Positions 28,861 to 37,606 of a DNA stretch of 64,000 bases are shown here, piece after piece. This DNA is from Nitrospinota bacterium (GTDB lineage Bacteria > Nitrospinota > Nitrospinia > Nitrospinales > Nitrospinaceae), in contig JAOUPX010000001.1 of assembly GCA_029879645.1 (NCBI GenBank), forward strand, positions 4,417 through 68,416, given 5' to 3'. The notes beneath the pieces were generated by a model, which searched no databases, was not told the origin of the DNA, and saw only the letters and a list, made by a program, of their open reading frames with translations. Made by a program: the position numbers and the translations under genes. Each line of letters starts with the position of its first letter. Within the stretch, counting starts at the first letter, position 1.

Positions 28861-30201
28861 TTAAGAGGGAATGCGTTCACTCAATTTCTCATGGATTGTT
28901 TTGCGGATCAAGTCGTGGTCGGCTGGCAATTCCACTGGCTGGAACAGGTTTTGAGATTTCACATCCTCCAGTTCATCGGCGTGATACTTCAAAAGAAAAT
29001 CCGTGAATTTCAATCCGTTGGCCGTGGAAATGACAATAACCCGGTCCTTGGGTTTAATCACACCTTTGGCAACCAGTTTTTCCATAGCCGCAAGCGCCAC
29101 CCCTGTATGCGGGCAACATAAAAGACCCGTTCGATTGGCACGTCCTACGGCATTGGCCAGCTCATCCTCGGTCGCCTGTTCAACGATGCCGTCAAATTCC
29201 TTCAAGGCGCGAATGGCTTTATTGACACTTACGGGATCGCCGATTTGGATCGCACTGGCCTGGGTTGTCCGAGCCTGAACGGAATGAAACTCTTTAAAAC
29301 CGTTCTGATAGCTCAAGTACAGGGGATTGGCACGTTCCGCCTGAGCACACACCAGCCTGGGCAGTTTCTTAATAAGACCCAACTCATACATCATTTTGAA
29401 TCCCTTGCCGAAAGCGCTGACATTCCCAAGGTTGCCCCCCGGAACAATAATAAACTCCGGCACTTCACCATCAAACTGATGAATCAGTTCGAAACTGATG
29501 GTCTTTTGGCCCTCGATACGCAAAGAGTTCATTGAATTAGCCAGATAAATCTCATCTTCCGCACACAGGGCCTGGACGGCCTTCATACAACCGTCAAAGT
29601 CTGTATCCAATGAAAGCGTGAGCACTCCGTGTGTGATCGGTTGGATTAACTGGGTGAGCGATACTTTATTTTTTGGCAGAAAAACGATGGCCGGAATATC
29701 GGCGACGGCACAATAAGCGGCCAGGGCGGCGGAAGTATCACCTGTTGAAGCGCAAGCTACGGCTTTTATATTCTTGCCTTCTGAGCGCATCTGTTTGACC
29801 ATGGACACCAATACAGTCATCCCCAGATCCTTGAAGGATCCGGTATGCGCCATGCCGCACTGCTTGATCCACAAATCATTCAATCCCACCTGTTTGCCCA
29901 GCCGTTCGGCCCAGAATAAATTGGTTCCACCTTCATAAGTAGAAACGATGTTTTCATTTTCGACCGCGGGACAGACCAACTCCTTTTTTCCCCAGACTGA
30001 ACTTCCGTAAGGCCACTCATTTTTGCGGTAGCGCTCATCAAACAAGTCATTCCATTCGGTGGCGGAACGTTTTTTCAATTGCTCCATGTCGTGGGTAACT
30101 TCCAGCAGGCTGTCGCAATCGGGACACCGGTAGATGATTTGATTCAAAGGATACCGGCCTGAACACCCGTTGACACACTGAAACCACGCTTGAAATTTCA
30201 T
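28861..30201 (-). CDS. thrC: Threonine synthase (long form with an N-terminal Cys4 ribbon)
   Basis: CVNGC..CPDC at the N-terminus, the PLP lysine block TGSFKDLGMT and SSGNLG-like GGNLGN. Confidence 0.9.
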   Translation of the reverse strand: MKFQAWFQCVNGCSGRYPLNQIIYRCPDCDSLLEVTHDMEQLKKRSATEWNDLFDERYRKNEWPYGSSVWGKKELVCPAVENENIVSTYEGGTNLFWAERLGKQVGLNDLWIKQCGMAHTGSFKDLGMTVLVSMVKQMRSEGKNIKAVACASTGDTSAALAAYCAVADIPAIVFLPKNKVSLTQLIQPITHGVLTLSLDTDFDGCMKAVQALCAEDEIYLANSMNSLRIEGQKTISFELIHQFDGEVPEFIIVPGGNLGNVSAFGKGFKMMYELGLIKKLPRLVCAQAERANPLYLSYQNGFKEFHSVQARTTQASAIQIGDPVSVNKAIRALKEFDGIVEQATEDELANAVGRANRTGLLCCPHTGVALAAMEKLVAKGVIKPKDRVIVISTANGLKFTDFLLKYHADELEDVKSQNLFQPVELPADHDLIRKTIHEKLSERIPS

Positions 30202-30203
30202 CT

Positions 30204-31508
30204 CTATTTTTCCACTCGAATTAAAACGGTTTTCTCAAAAACTTCTTTCATATCATTAATTTCTTTTAGAGCCGCCTGAATATTTTTCTCCTTGGCGTCA
30301 TGAGTCATCATCACCAATGGTACCCCCTGGCCGTTGTCGTCCTTGACCCTCTGAATCACAGATTCGATACTGATGTCATGATTACCCAGAATGCCGGAAA
30401 TCCTGGATAACACACCGGGTTTATCCAGCACCCAGAATCGCAGGAAATATTCTCCCTCCACTTCAGCCATATCCTTGAGAGGAATATTTTTAACACTGGC
30501 ATTCTGAAATGATTGCGGCGGCACTCGGTTCTTGGCCCCGGAAATAACATTGCGGGCAATCTCTACGACATCCGCCATGACTGCACTACCGGTGGGCAAC
30601 GATCCGGCGCCATGCCCCACCAGAATGTTTTCCTCCATCAAATCATCACAGACCATGATCGCATTCAAAACTCCGTTCACATTGGCCATAGGCTTGGATT
30701 CGGGAATCATAGCGGGATGGACTCGGACATCGATCGCTTTTCCGTCAAACTTGGAAATAGCCAGCAGTTTAATGCGGTAGCCGAATTCGTGGGCGCACTT
30801 GATATCCAACGATGAAATATCCGAGATTCCCTGCACATAGATATCATCAAAGTTGACCGGGGTGCCATATGCCAAGCGTGTTAATACTGCTATTTTATGG
30901 GCGGAGTCGATTCCTTCAATATCGAAGGTGGGATCAGCCTCTGCGTAACCTTTATCCTGAGCCTCTTTTAAAACCGTATTAAAGGCATGGTTGCCGTCGG
31001 ACATTTTACTTAGAATGTAATTGGCGGTACCGTTCATGATGCCCTCAATCGCCAGAATACGGTTGGCGACAAACGCTTCCTTGATGGAACGGATAATGGG
31101 AATGGCTCCGCCGACGGAGGCTTCAAACCCGATAGCCACATTATTTTTTTCGGCGGCGGCAAATACCTCATCGCCATGCTTCGCCAACAGAGCCTTGTTG
31201 GCAGTCACGACATGCTTTTTATTTTGAAGCGCTTTCAGTATGAACGAACGTGCCGGCTCATACCCGCCGATCAACTCCACTACAATATCAACATCCGGAT
31301 TATCCAAAATCTCGTTGGCATCTGTAGTCAACAGACCGGGTCCTACCTTTACCCCCCGATCGGTGGTTATATCGAGATCGGCAATTTTAATCACCTCAAC
31401 AGAGGCTCCCAGCCGGTCTTGAATAATCTTTTGATTGTCTTGAAGAATTCTGACCACCCCGCAACCGATGGTGCCGAACCCGATCAGACCTATTTTGACA
31501 GATTTCAT
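30204..31508 (-). CDS. hom: Homoserine dehydrogenase with a C-terminal ACT domain
   Basis: GLIGFGTIGCGV, VVTANKALLA, GIMNGTANYIL, DPTFDIEGIDSAHK and an ACT-like tail. Confidence 0.9.
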   Translation of the reverse strand: MKSVKIGLIGFGTIGCGVVRILQDNQKIIQDRLGASVEVIKIADLDITTDRGVKVGPGLLTTDANEILDNPDVDIVVELIGGYEPARSFILKALQNKKHVVTANKALLAKHGDEVFAAAEKNNVAIGFEASVGGAIPIIRSIKEAFVANRILAIEGIMNGTANYILSKMSDGNHAFNTVLKEAQDKGYAEADPTFDIEGIDSAHKIAVLTRLAYGTPVNFDDIYVQGISDISSLDIKCAHEFGYRIKLLAISKFDGKAIDVRVHPAMIPESKPMANVNGVLNAIMVCDDLMEENILVGHGAGSLPTGSAVMADVVEIARNVISGAKNRVPPQSFQNASVKNIPLKDMAEVEGEYFLRFWVLDKPGVLSRISGILGNHDISIESVIQRVKDDNGQGVPLVMMTHDAKEKNIQAALKEINDMKEVFEKTVLIRVEK

Positions 31509-31524
31509 AAATTCAATTATTGAG

Positions 31525-32691
31525 TTAAAAAATTTCCCTGATTCCCTGAACCGCCTGACGAATCCGATGTTCGTTTTCTATAAGGGAAATGCGCACAAAA
31601 TGGTCCCCGCCTTCGCCGAATCCAATTCCAGGCGAAACAGCAACCTTGGATTTATCCAACAGAAGTTTAGAAAACTCCAAAGATCCCATGCTTTTAAATT
31701 GATCGGGAATTTCAGCCCAGACAAACATGGTAGCTTTCGGAACATCCACCTTCCAGCCCACTCGATTCAACCCTTCGCACAGGACATCACGCCTTTTTCT
31801 GTAGGTCTCGCAAATTTCATCCACACAATCCCGCGGACCATTCAAGGCAATGATGGCGGCAATCTGGATGGGCTGAAACATCCCGTAATCCTGATAGCTC
31901 TTCATCCGGGCCAGGGCGTGAATAATATCACGGTTGCCTACCATAAATCCCACCCGCCAGCCGGGCATACTGTAACTTTTGGACAGGGTGAAACATTCCA
32001 CACCAACTTCCTTGGCGCCTTTTACCTGAAGCATACTGGGCGCCTTATAACCGTCGAACACGAGATCGGCATAGGCGAAATCGTGAATGACAATCAAATC
32101 GTGCTCCTGCGCGAAAGCGACTACCTTTTCAAAAAATTCCAGATCAACCACCTGGGTGGTCGGGTTGTGTGGAAAATTAATAATCAGCGCTTTGGGCCGG
32201 GGCCAGTTCTGTTTATAAGCCTGGAGCAGAGCTTCAAAAAAATCGGTATCCTTTTGCATGGGGACGCCGATCACATCGCCGTTTGATAAAATAAAGGCAT
32301 ACGTATGGATCGGATAGGTCGGCGTCGGAACAAGAACAGAATCACCGGGAGTTGTAATAGCCAGCGCCAGATGAGAAATACCCTCTTTGGAACCAATCGT
32401 GGCGATAGCCTCTGTTTCCGGATCCAGATCAACCTGATAGTTGCGTCGATACCAATCGGTAATGGCCAAACGAAGCTTGGGAATTCCTTTGGATTGGGAA
32501 TACCGGTGATTGGGACTTTTGGTGGCCGCTTCACATAATTTTTCAACAATGTGTTTCGGGGTCGGCAAATCGGGATTTCCCATACCAAAATCGATTATAT
32601 CCTCTCCCCTGCGCCGGGCCTGTAATTTCAACTGGCCTACAATATCGAACACGTAAGGCGGCAAACGACTAATTCTTGAAAATTCTTTCAT
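31525..32691 (-). CDS. Class I/II PLP-dependent aminotransferase (AlaC/AspC-like)
   Basis: [18 protein letters not shown] and the PLP lysine block [13 protein letters not shown]. It lies upstream of hom-thrC. Confidence 0.85.
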   Translation of the reverse strand: MKEFSRISRLPPYVFDIVGQLKLQARRRGEDIIDFGMGNPDLPTPKHIVEKLCEAATKSPNHRYSQSKGIPKLRLAITDWYRRNYQVDLDPETEAIATIGSKEGISHLALAITTPGDSVLVPTPTYPIHTYAFILSNGDVIGVPMQKDTDFFEALLQAYKQNWPRPKALIINFPHNPTTQVVDLEFFEKVVAFAQEHDLIVIHDFAYADLVFDGYKAPSMLQVKGAKEVGVECFTLSKSYSMPGWRVGFMVGNRDIIHALARMKSYQDYGMFQPIQIAAIIALNGPRDCVDEICETYRKRRDVLCEGLNRVGWKVDVPKATMFVWAEIPDQFKSMGSLEFSKLLLDKSKVAVSPGIGFGEGGDHFVRISLIENEHRIRQAVQGIREIF

Positions 32692-32867
32692 TCCTTAAAA
32701 CCTTTATTGGCGGCTTTCATTCCGATTAGAATCATCACCAAAGCCCCCAATGACATATTGTTGCTAAGCAAAAGTCCTTTAAATATAACGATTTCCATCC
32801 GAACCGATAAACATAGCATAAATTATAATTCCCGGCAAATATATCTAAAAATCGCGAACAGCTCGGA

Positions 32868-33656
32868 TCAACCAGCCAGTTTCAATTTTTCGACAAAATC
32901 CGCAATTGCCTGGGAGTTAATCCCTATGCCCTGTTTCTGCCGACTATTACGATAATTAGCCATCATGCTGACAATACCCGCCAGTTGGCCTTCACAATCC
33001 ACAATGGCGCCGCCCGAATTCCCGAAAAATACTTCGTTGTCCTTGAAATAAATATAATCCGAGGAACGTATCAACTCCTGACGCTTGACCCGTGCCTTTT
33101 GAAGGGAAAAAAACTTTCTATTGGGATGCCCGACCACCATCAATTCATCTTTAATTTTATTTGTAGTTTGGAGTGGAAGCCAATGTGGATACGGTTCCTT
33201 GGTTTTGATAAAAGCGAGATCAAGTTGGTCCACCCGTATAAGGGAATCTATTTTGGAAACCAATCCCGGATGAGCCAGTCCATCCACTGTAACTTTAGGT
33301 AAAACCAGAATAACCCGTTTCCCATCTACCACGTGATCCGCAGTGACAATCAAGCGCGGCCCGATAAAAACCCCTGCGCCGAAACCCTGATCCACAAAAA
33401 TCACCACCGTTGCTGCAGCCACTTTATTATAAAGAGCCTGGCTGTTTTTGCAGGTAATATTTTTTCCGATCAAATGTTCTTCAAGTTCATTTTCAGGCGG
33501 ATTCAATAAAAGGCGAAAAGTCCGGCTAATTTTGTTAAAGTAGGTATTCTCTGGATCATTCACAGCCAATTGCTGGTTGTGAATAGCCATCAATCCGAAA
33601 GCGGCAAAAGCCAGCGTAACCACTTTCCACCTTTTTATTTTACCTGTTGGGTTCAT
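32868..33656 (-). CDS. Secreted trypsin-like (S1) serine protease
   Basis: An N-terminal TM/signal segment, His in TADHVV, Asp in DLAFIK and Ser in GNSGGAI. Confidence 0.8.
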   Translation of the reverse strand: MNPTGKIKRWKVVTLAFAAFGLMAIHNQQLAVNDPENTYFNKISRTFRLLLNPPENELEEHLIGKNITCKNSQALYNKVAAATVVIFVDQGFGAGVFIGPRLIVTADHVVDGKRVILVLPKVTVDGLAHPGLVSKIDSLIRVDQLDLAFIKTKEPYPHWLPLQTTNKIKDELMVVGHPNRKFFSLQKARVKRQELIRSSDYIYFKDNEVFFGNSGGAIVDCEGQLAGIVSMMANYRNSRQKQGIGINSQAIADFVEKLKLAG

Positions 33657-33663
33657 AAATCCT

Positions 33664-34476
33664 ATGGAGCTTCTTCAAGCCATTCTACTCGGTCTTATTC
33701 AAGGCTTAACCGAATTTCTCCCCGTTTCCAGTTCCGGCCACCTCATTCTAGTCCCTCATATATTGGGTCTGGAGGACCAAGGTCTAGCCATGGATGCCCT
33801 TCTCCACCTGGCAACCCTATTGGCGATAGTCATATATTTTCGCAAAGACCTTTCCAAATTGCTAATAAGTTTATGGAACAATAAAAAAGAAGACCCTTAC
33901 CGATCTTTGGCATGGAGTATTATCTTTGCCACCATTCCGGCAGGAATTGCGGGTTTACTTTTTGGAGATTGGATCGAAAACAATCTGCGAAGCGCTCAAT
34001 TTGTAGCCGGGAACCTGATACTTTGGTCCGCCGTTTTTTTCGTGGCGGATCGAAAGTCGACCCGCCAAGAATCCGACTCGGAAGAATTGATTCATCTTGG
34101 CTGGAAAAAAGTTCTATTGATCGGTTTTGCCCAGGCCATTGCTTTAATCCCTGGAACCTCGCGTTCAGGAATTACCATCACGGCCGGACTGTTCAGCAAT
34201 CTTTCCCAACCCGCCGCGGCGCGTTTTTCTTTTCTCCTGGGAACCCCGATTATCTTGGCGGCGGGCCTTCATAAGTCACTTTTCTTGTTCAACGATGCCA
34301 GCCAGGAATTCCTGTTTACCCCCTTTCAATTCCTGATGGGCTTTCTGGCGGCTTTTGTCATCGGGTATTTGTCGATCAAATGGTTGCTGGCAATTGTCTC
34401 CCGGGTGGGTCTGCTTCCTTTTATTGTTTACCGAGTCCTGCTGGCGGGGTTTATATTCATATTCTTGGGGCAATAA
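33664..34476 (+). CDS. uppP: Undecaprenyl-diphosphate phosphatase
   Basis: LGLIQGLTEFLPVSSSGHL and PGTSRSGITI. Confidence 0.95.
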   Translation: MELLQAILLGLIQGLTEFLPVSSSGHLILVPHILGLEDQGLAMDALLHLATLLAIVIYFRKDLSKLLISLWNNKKEDPYRSLAWSIIFATIPAGIAGLLFGDWIENNLRSAQFVAGNLILWSAVFFVADRKSTRQESDSEELIHLGWKKVLLIGFAQAIALIPGTSRSGITITAGLFSNLSQPAAARFSFLLGTPIILAAGLHKSLFLFNDASQEFLFTPFQFLMGFLAAFVIGYLSIKWLLAIVSRVGLLPFIVYRVLLAGFIFIFLGQ

Positions 34477-34510
34477 AAAAACCGACCTGCGAAACCGCAG
34501 GCCGGTTTTA
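34474..34510. terminator. Bidirectional rho-independent terminator between uppP and the secreted-protein gene
   Basis: The stem ACCGACCTGC / GCAGGCCGGT (one mismatch) is flanked by A7 upstream and TTTT downstream. Confidence 0.8.
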
Positions 34511-34525
34511 TAAAACAAAAAAGAA

Positions 34526-34936
34526 TTAACCGCAGGTTACATTCATATCAATCGTACCGGTATTCGTGATACGAACTTCGCCACTGATATCACCAATGGA
34601 GTCACCACGGCTGAATTCCGGCTGAGAGGTCAAAGTAACCGACTTTCGGCCCATGCTGTGCTTATTAGCCATTCCCACATGGCCGTCACCCTCAATCCCC
34701 TGATTATCCGTCGGCCCCAGGCTTATGGGAACCGTGGTCGCATTGGACGACTTCCAGATTACAGCGTTGGCATTACCGCGATCTCCATCCGAAGAGGTTC
34801 CCACCGCTTCCAAAGTAATGGATTTGGCATCGTTGCACGTCGCTTTCTGACCTGGCTTAATAGTTCCAGCATAGGCGGAAGCGGCAAAACAGAGAGCAAC
34901 AACGGTAATAATGGTAAAGAGCACTAACTTTCTCAT
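34526..34936 (-). CDS. Secreted hypothetical protein (signal peptide; mature chain bracketed by two Cys)
   Basis: MRKLVLFTIITVVALCFAASAYA/GT is a signal peptide. The sequence is beta-rich and Gly/Ser/Thr/Asn-rich, with Cys near the mature N-terminus and at the penultimate residue. I recognise no family. Confidence 0.6.
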   Translation of the reverse strand: MRKLVLFTIITVVALCFAASAYAGTIKPGQKATCNDAKSITLEAVGTSSDGDRGNANAVIWKSSNATTVPISLGPTDNQGIEGDGHVGMANKHSMGRKSVTLTSQPEFSRGDSIGDISGEVRITNTGTIDMNVTCG

Positions 34937-35213
34937 AGTTTTCCTCCGTTACCCAAAAAAGTTAAAAAATAGAACTCCCCTGAAATTTTGGTTCGATAGC
35001 CATGAGCCCCTTTCGTTCTCCTGAGTGGGTGGCTACAACAAACCTGCCTACTTATATTGAAAATGGATTATCCAGCCTCTTATGGAAGGCCTGATCTTCA
35101 CAGAATCTGCTGGAACTCATTGGAAAGCCTGTAATAAACGATAATCCAAGCCTATTCCTTTTGGTGGTCAGTATACTTACGGTGTCAGACAAGTCAACTG
35201 TTTTTTAAACTTT

Positions 35214-35288
35214 TTCCTATAAAAATACAATACATATTCCTATACTAACAAAATCTCTTTTCCTATGGCGATTAATTATAATTCCTTT
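35214..35288. repeat. Phased direct repeats of TTCCTAT (candidate regulator-binding array)
   Basis: TTCCTAT occurs at 35214, 35237 and 35260 (exactly 23 bp apart) and TTCCTTT at 35282. Looser copies lie at 35155 and 35333. Confidence 0.6.
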
Positions 35289-35416
35289 ATTTATCAATAA
35301 TTTAAGATTAGCCCAGCCAAACGAAATATTGCTTCCATAAAAATATCTATAACTTATACTGAGAATAAATCGATTAACGAATTTCATTCAAACTCCCCAC
35401 CTAAAATTGGTCAATT

Positions 35417-36136
35417 ATGATGGAGAAAAACGTCGCCATTTCTGACAATACTGATTCTCACACAGAGTCAAAACCCAAGTTTTTCAAATTCGTCCTCTTA
35501 ATTTTAATAGGTTTTACCTTTGGGTTTTATTTTACGCGTAAGGGATTCCACCTGACCCCTGAATCTTTCAAAAACTATGTCCTATCACTGGGGATTGCTG
35601 GTCCGATTCTTTATGTCGCAATATTCATTATCCGACCGCTATTTCTGATTCCCTCCATCGCCTTGTTCATTGGGGGAGGACTCGCATTCGGGCCGATTCT
35701 TGGCCCCACATTTGCTTCTTTGGGTGCGGCTCTGGGAGGGACTGTTGGTTTCTGGTTTTCCCGGAAAATGGGTCATGAATATGCAATAAAAAAACTAAAG
35801 CTGGGCGCAGGGGTCATTGACAACACCAAATTCAGCTTTTCAGTGGTATTTCTCCTCAGCCTGATACCCATTATGCCGGTAACGGTCATCAATTACGGCG
35901 CGGGACTTTCCACCATGAGGTTTAACACTTACATTTCGGCCCATATTCTGGGAATGATCCCCAGAGCTTTCGCTTTTGGTTATTTCGGGAATACACTGTT
36001 GGAGGTCGGCTCAAAAAAATTCATGGCCGCGTTACTGATATTAGTCTTGATGGGTATTATGACGGCATTTTACCGTCTTCGTACAAAACAGAAAAAACGC
36101 CTTCAATTAGCGGAAGAGGTTTCCGCATCCAACTGA
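35417..36136 (+). CDS. TVP38/TMEM64 (DedA-related) family membrane protein
   Basis: 239 aa, multi-TM, with the block LFIGGGLAFGP..G..ASLGAALGGTVGFWFSRKMG typical of this family. Confidence 0.75.
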   Translation: MMEKNVAISDNTDSHTESKPKFFKFVLLILIGFTFGFYFTRKGFHLTPESFKNYVLSLGIAGPILYVAIFIIRPLFLIPSIALFIGGGLAFGPILGPTFASLGAALGGTVGFWFSRKMGHEYAIKKLKLGAGVIDNTKFSFSVVFLLSLIPIMPVTVINYGAGLSTMRFNTYISAHILGMIPRAFAFGYFGNTLLEVGSKKFMAALLILVLMGIMTAFYRLRTKQKKRLQLAEEVSASN

Positions 36137-36143
36137 CGGGAAG

Positions 36144-37511
36144 CTATTGGATGATCTGATAATTCTCCAGACAAACCCCTGCAGGAATAATCACGGGTTT
36201 ATCTTTGGCGATCAGGATCACACGTCCTTTGAGAGACACTTTTCCCTCGAACCGCACGTCACCCTCAATTTCCAGGAATTCCAGTTCCCCTATATCGGGA
36301 ATAACCGGAATTCTCTTTCTGTATTCACCTAAATCCACAAAGGGTTCATTCCACTTAACAACAGGTAGCTCTTTCCCGCCGTAGGCAGAATTTCGTAGCA
36401 TTTCACCATCTTTAAAAACAAACAAATCGGATTGGATCAACATCAAGTCGCTGGTGTTTTTAACGGGTCTAAAACGGTTGCGCCCCACAACTATTCCCCT
36501 GGCGCCATCAAAGCACTCCAACCCGCCGCCAATGGCAGTTTCCAATTGAATAACAGGCCGGCCAAACACTTGCTTTTCGTTAACGATCAGACTCAGCTCC
36601 ATCGGCGCCTGCTCCATCCTCTTTTTTAAATGCCTTAAATGAATCCAGATATTATTGGTATTGAAAACGGTAAACTTATCCAATCCGCAAAATGCGTTCA
36701 CGTATTCCTGAGGTACTTGAGCCAACTCCAAAAGATGGAGTTTGCCATTCTCATCTTCATAAAGCGTACCTCCTTTGATATCTGCCAATGTTTTTGGAGT
36801 CATCTCCATAATAAAAGGAATATCTTCTTCCAGCATGGTGTGAGCGATTTTAGGATCTGGTACCGCACCTAGGTTGTCGGCATTAGAAACAAATAAAATT
36901 TCTTTCCCCTCATCCAGGAGCCGATCCATCAGTCCCTGATTTTGCAGACATGAGAAAATATCGCCGTGACCGGGCGGATACCAGGCATCTTCACCCAGAA
37001 TATTGGGATCCAGAGGTTGGTTTGTCTCTTTATCCAACCGCAGGTAACGGTTCTGCTGAAAGCAATCAATGTGAACAGAGGTTTTTTGATTCTGCAGCCG
37101 CGCCAATGTCTCCTGATGCGTATGAAAACTGTTCATCAGCAGTAATGGAATATTGACACCATACGATTTTTCGAAATGCGCCAACTGCAGGATAATCAGG
37201 TCAAGAAAGGTATGTCCATCTTTGACTTTAATGAAGGACTTTGCTTCCCGACACCCCATACTGGTTCCAAGACCTCCATTGAGTTTACAAACAGCCAGGC
37301 GGGAAAGAGCATAGTTTTTCTGAGTATCATTCGCGGCGCCCAATTCCTCATACGGAACAAGCCTTGAGGGTTCTGGCGTTCGAATGTTTTCCCAGGCCAC
37401 AGGGTTGATTGGAGCCTGTTTAAATCGAGTGAACAATTCAAGAAAACCGGACTGCGTGTCATCGGTTAACCCAAATTGTTCTAAAGTTGATTTAAAATCG
37501 GACAATTCCAT
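36144..37511 (-). CDS. UDPGP-family (eukaryote-type) UTP--glucose-1-phosphate uridylyltransferase
   Basis: 455 aa with the KLNGGLGTSMGC signature, WYPPGHGD and a C-terminal left-handed beta-helix-like region. It is not the GalU type. Confidence 0.8.
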   Translation of the reverse strand: MELSDFKSTLEQFGLTDDTQSGFLELFTRFKQAPINPVAWENIRTPEPSRLVPYEELGAANDTQKNYALSRLAVCKLNGGLGTSMGCREAKSFIKVKDGHTFLDLIILQLAHFEKSYGVNIPLLLMNSFHTHQETLARLQNQKTSVHIDCFQQNRYLRLDKETNQPLDPNILGEDAWYPPGHGDIFSCLQNQGLMDRLLDEGKEILFVSNADNLGAVPDPKIAHTMLEEDIPFIMEMTPKTLADIKGGTLYEDENGKLHLLELAQVPQEYVNAFCGLDKFTVFNTNNIWIHLRHLKKRMEQAPMELSLIVNEKQVFGRPVIQLETAIGGGLECFDGARGIVVGRNRFRPVKNTSDLMLIQSDLFVFKDGEMLRNSAYGGKELPVVKWNEPFVDLGEYRKRIPVIPDIGELEFLEIEGDVRFEGKVSLKGRVILIAKDKPVIIPAGVCLENYQIIQ

Positions 37512-37606
37512 TGTTTATTCCTATTCTCCTCAGATAAACTATGGTAAGAGATTTTTGTCCTTCATTCCATTGAATCCGCATCAAACCCAGGAGCTTATTT
37601 AACTGT

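Noticed and set aside
31468-32286. A 272-codon plus-strand ORF. Similar ORFs lie at 57764-58546, 15950-16444, 24932-25408 and 42930-43334.
   Set aside because: All are antisense to genes with clear family signatures (the aminotransferase, ispG, aas, addA and lptC). The two I frame-checked (31468-32286 and 57764-58546) are codon-aligned shadows. All have non-protein-like composition.
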